Part shown: positions 63,687-64,000 of the stretch, piece by piece
Layout: every line of letters starts with the position of its first letter
Numbering within the stretch: the stretch's first letter is position 1
NCBI GenBank assembly: GCA_002104905.1
Contig: MCFE01000121.1
Coordinates: 62,001-126,000, forward strand
Source of the DNA: Basidiobolus meristosporus CBS 931.73
Lineage: Eukaryota > Fungi > Basidiobolomycota
Direction of reading: 5' to 3'
Length of the DNA: 64,000 nucleotides
Translations under genes and position numbers: made by a program
The notes under the pieces: generated by a model
Seen by the model: the letters and a program-made list of their open reading frames with translations, nothing else
What the model was told of the DNA's origin: nothing
Database searches by the model: none

Positions 63687-64000
63687 ATGGATTCGAGCAC
63701 TTCCGCAAAGCCCAAGCCCAGAGGAATCTTGAAGAACCCCCTCAATCCGGAGGGCAGCTCCGAACGACCCCACAAGTAAGCAGTCGACTCCCTTTACTTC
63801 AAAGCCCTCCGTGCCAGCACCACGTCCACTTTTCTAAACCCGTGTCCACAGATTGAAATGGGACGAGGACAACCTGCTGCTCACTGAAGCACAAAAAGAC
63901 TCCACCATGAAAATCGACGAGCCCAAAACCCCCTACGTCCGCTACGATCATGAAAACGACATCGTCTTGTCCGACCTGGACAGTAAGTTTCCCTACGGTG
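63687..64000 (+). CDS. GLC8/IPP2: Protein phosphatase 1 inhibitor-2, 5' part; runs off the window
   Basis: Exons 63687-63775 and 63852-63982. [24 protein letters not shown]. Confidence 0.93.

Overview
Eukaryotic, almost certainly fungal, DNA in two compartments. Bases ~1-45.7 kb are a CpG-depleted nest of decayed transposons: three or four Ty3/gypsy-type LTR families, two Ty1/copia families, CACTA/EnSpm-type DNA transposons with CCCTATGAA termini, and two MITEs. Many insertion junctions and target-site duplications (TSDs) can be read exactly. Bases ~46.4-64 kb are a compact, CpG-rich, intron-rich gene block: Rab11/Ypt31, a Ser/Gly/Tyr-rich secreted protein, Sec12, AP-1 gamma-adaptin, Ras, an unknown protein, Bmt5, an acidic secreted protein, an atypical protein kinase and PP1 inhibitor-2 (runs off the end). 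The best leads are: (i) an unrecognised pair of paralogous secreted proteins sharing a signal peptide and a CDxG(G)CEDD-acidic linker-C...WD[ND]GxxxGL module; (ii) a 2-nt micro-exon needed to keep Ras in frame; (iii) a self-priming Tf1/sushi-type element whose LTR carries an 8-unit heat-shock element, next to two families using two different tRNAiMet priming modes; (iv) repeated insertion of families into their own copies; (v) a CACTA-type element with a head-to-head accessory gene; (vi) a kinase lacking the Gly-rich loop. All alignments and splice models were made by eye, no searches were run, and the species cannot be assigned.
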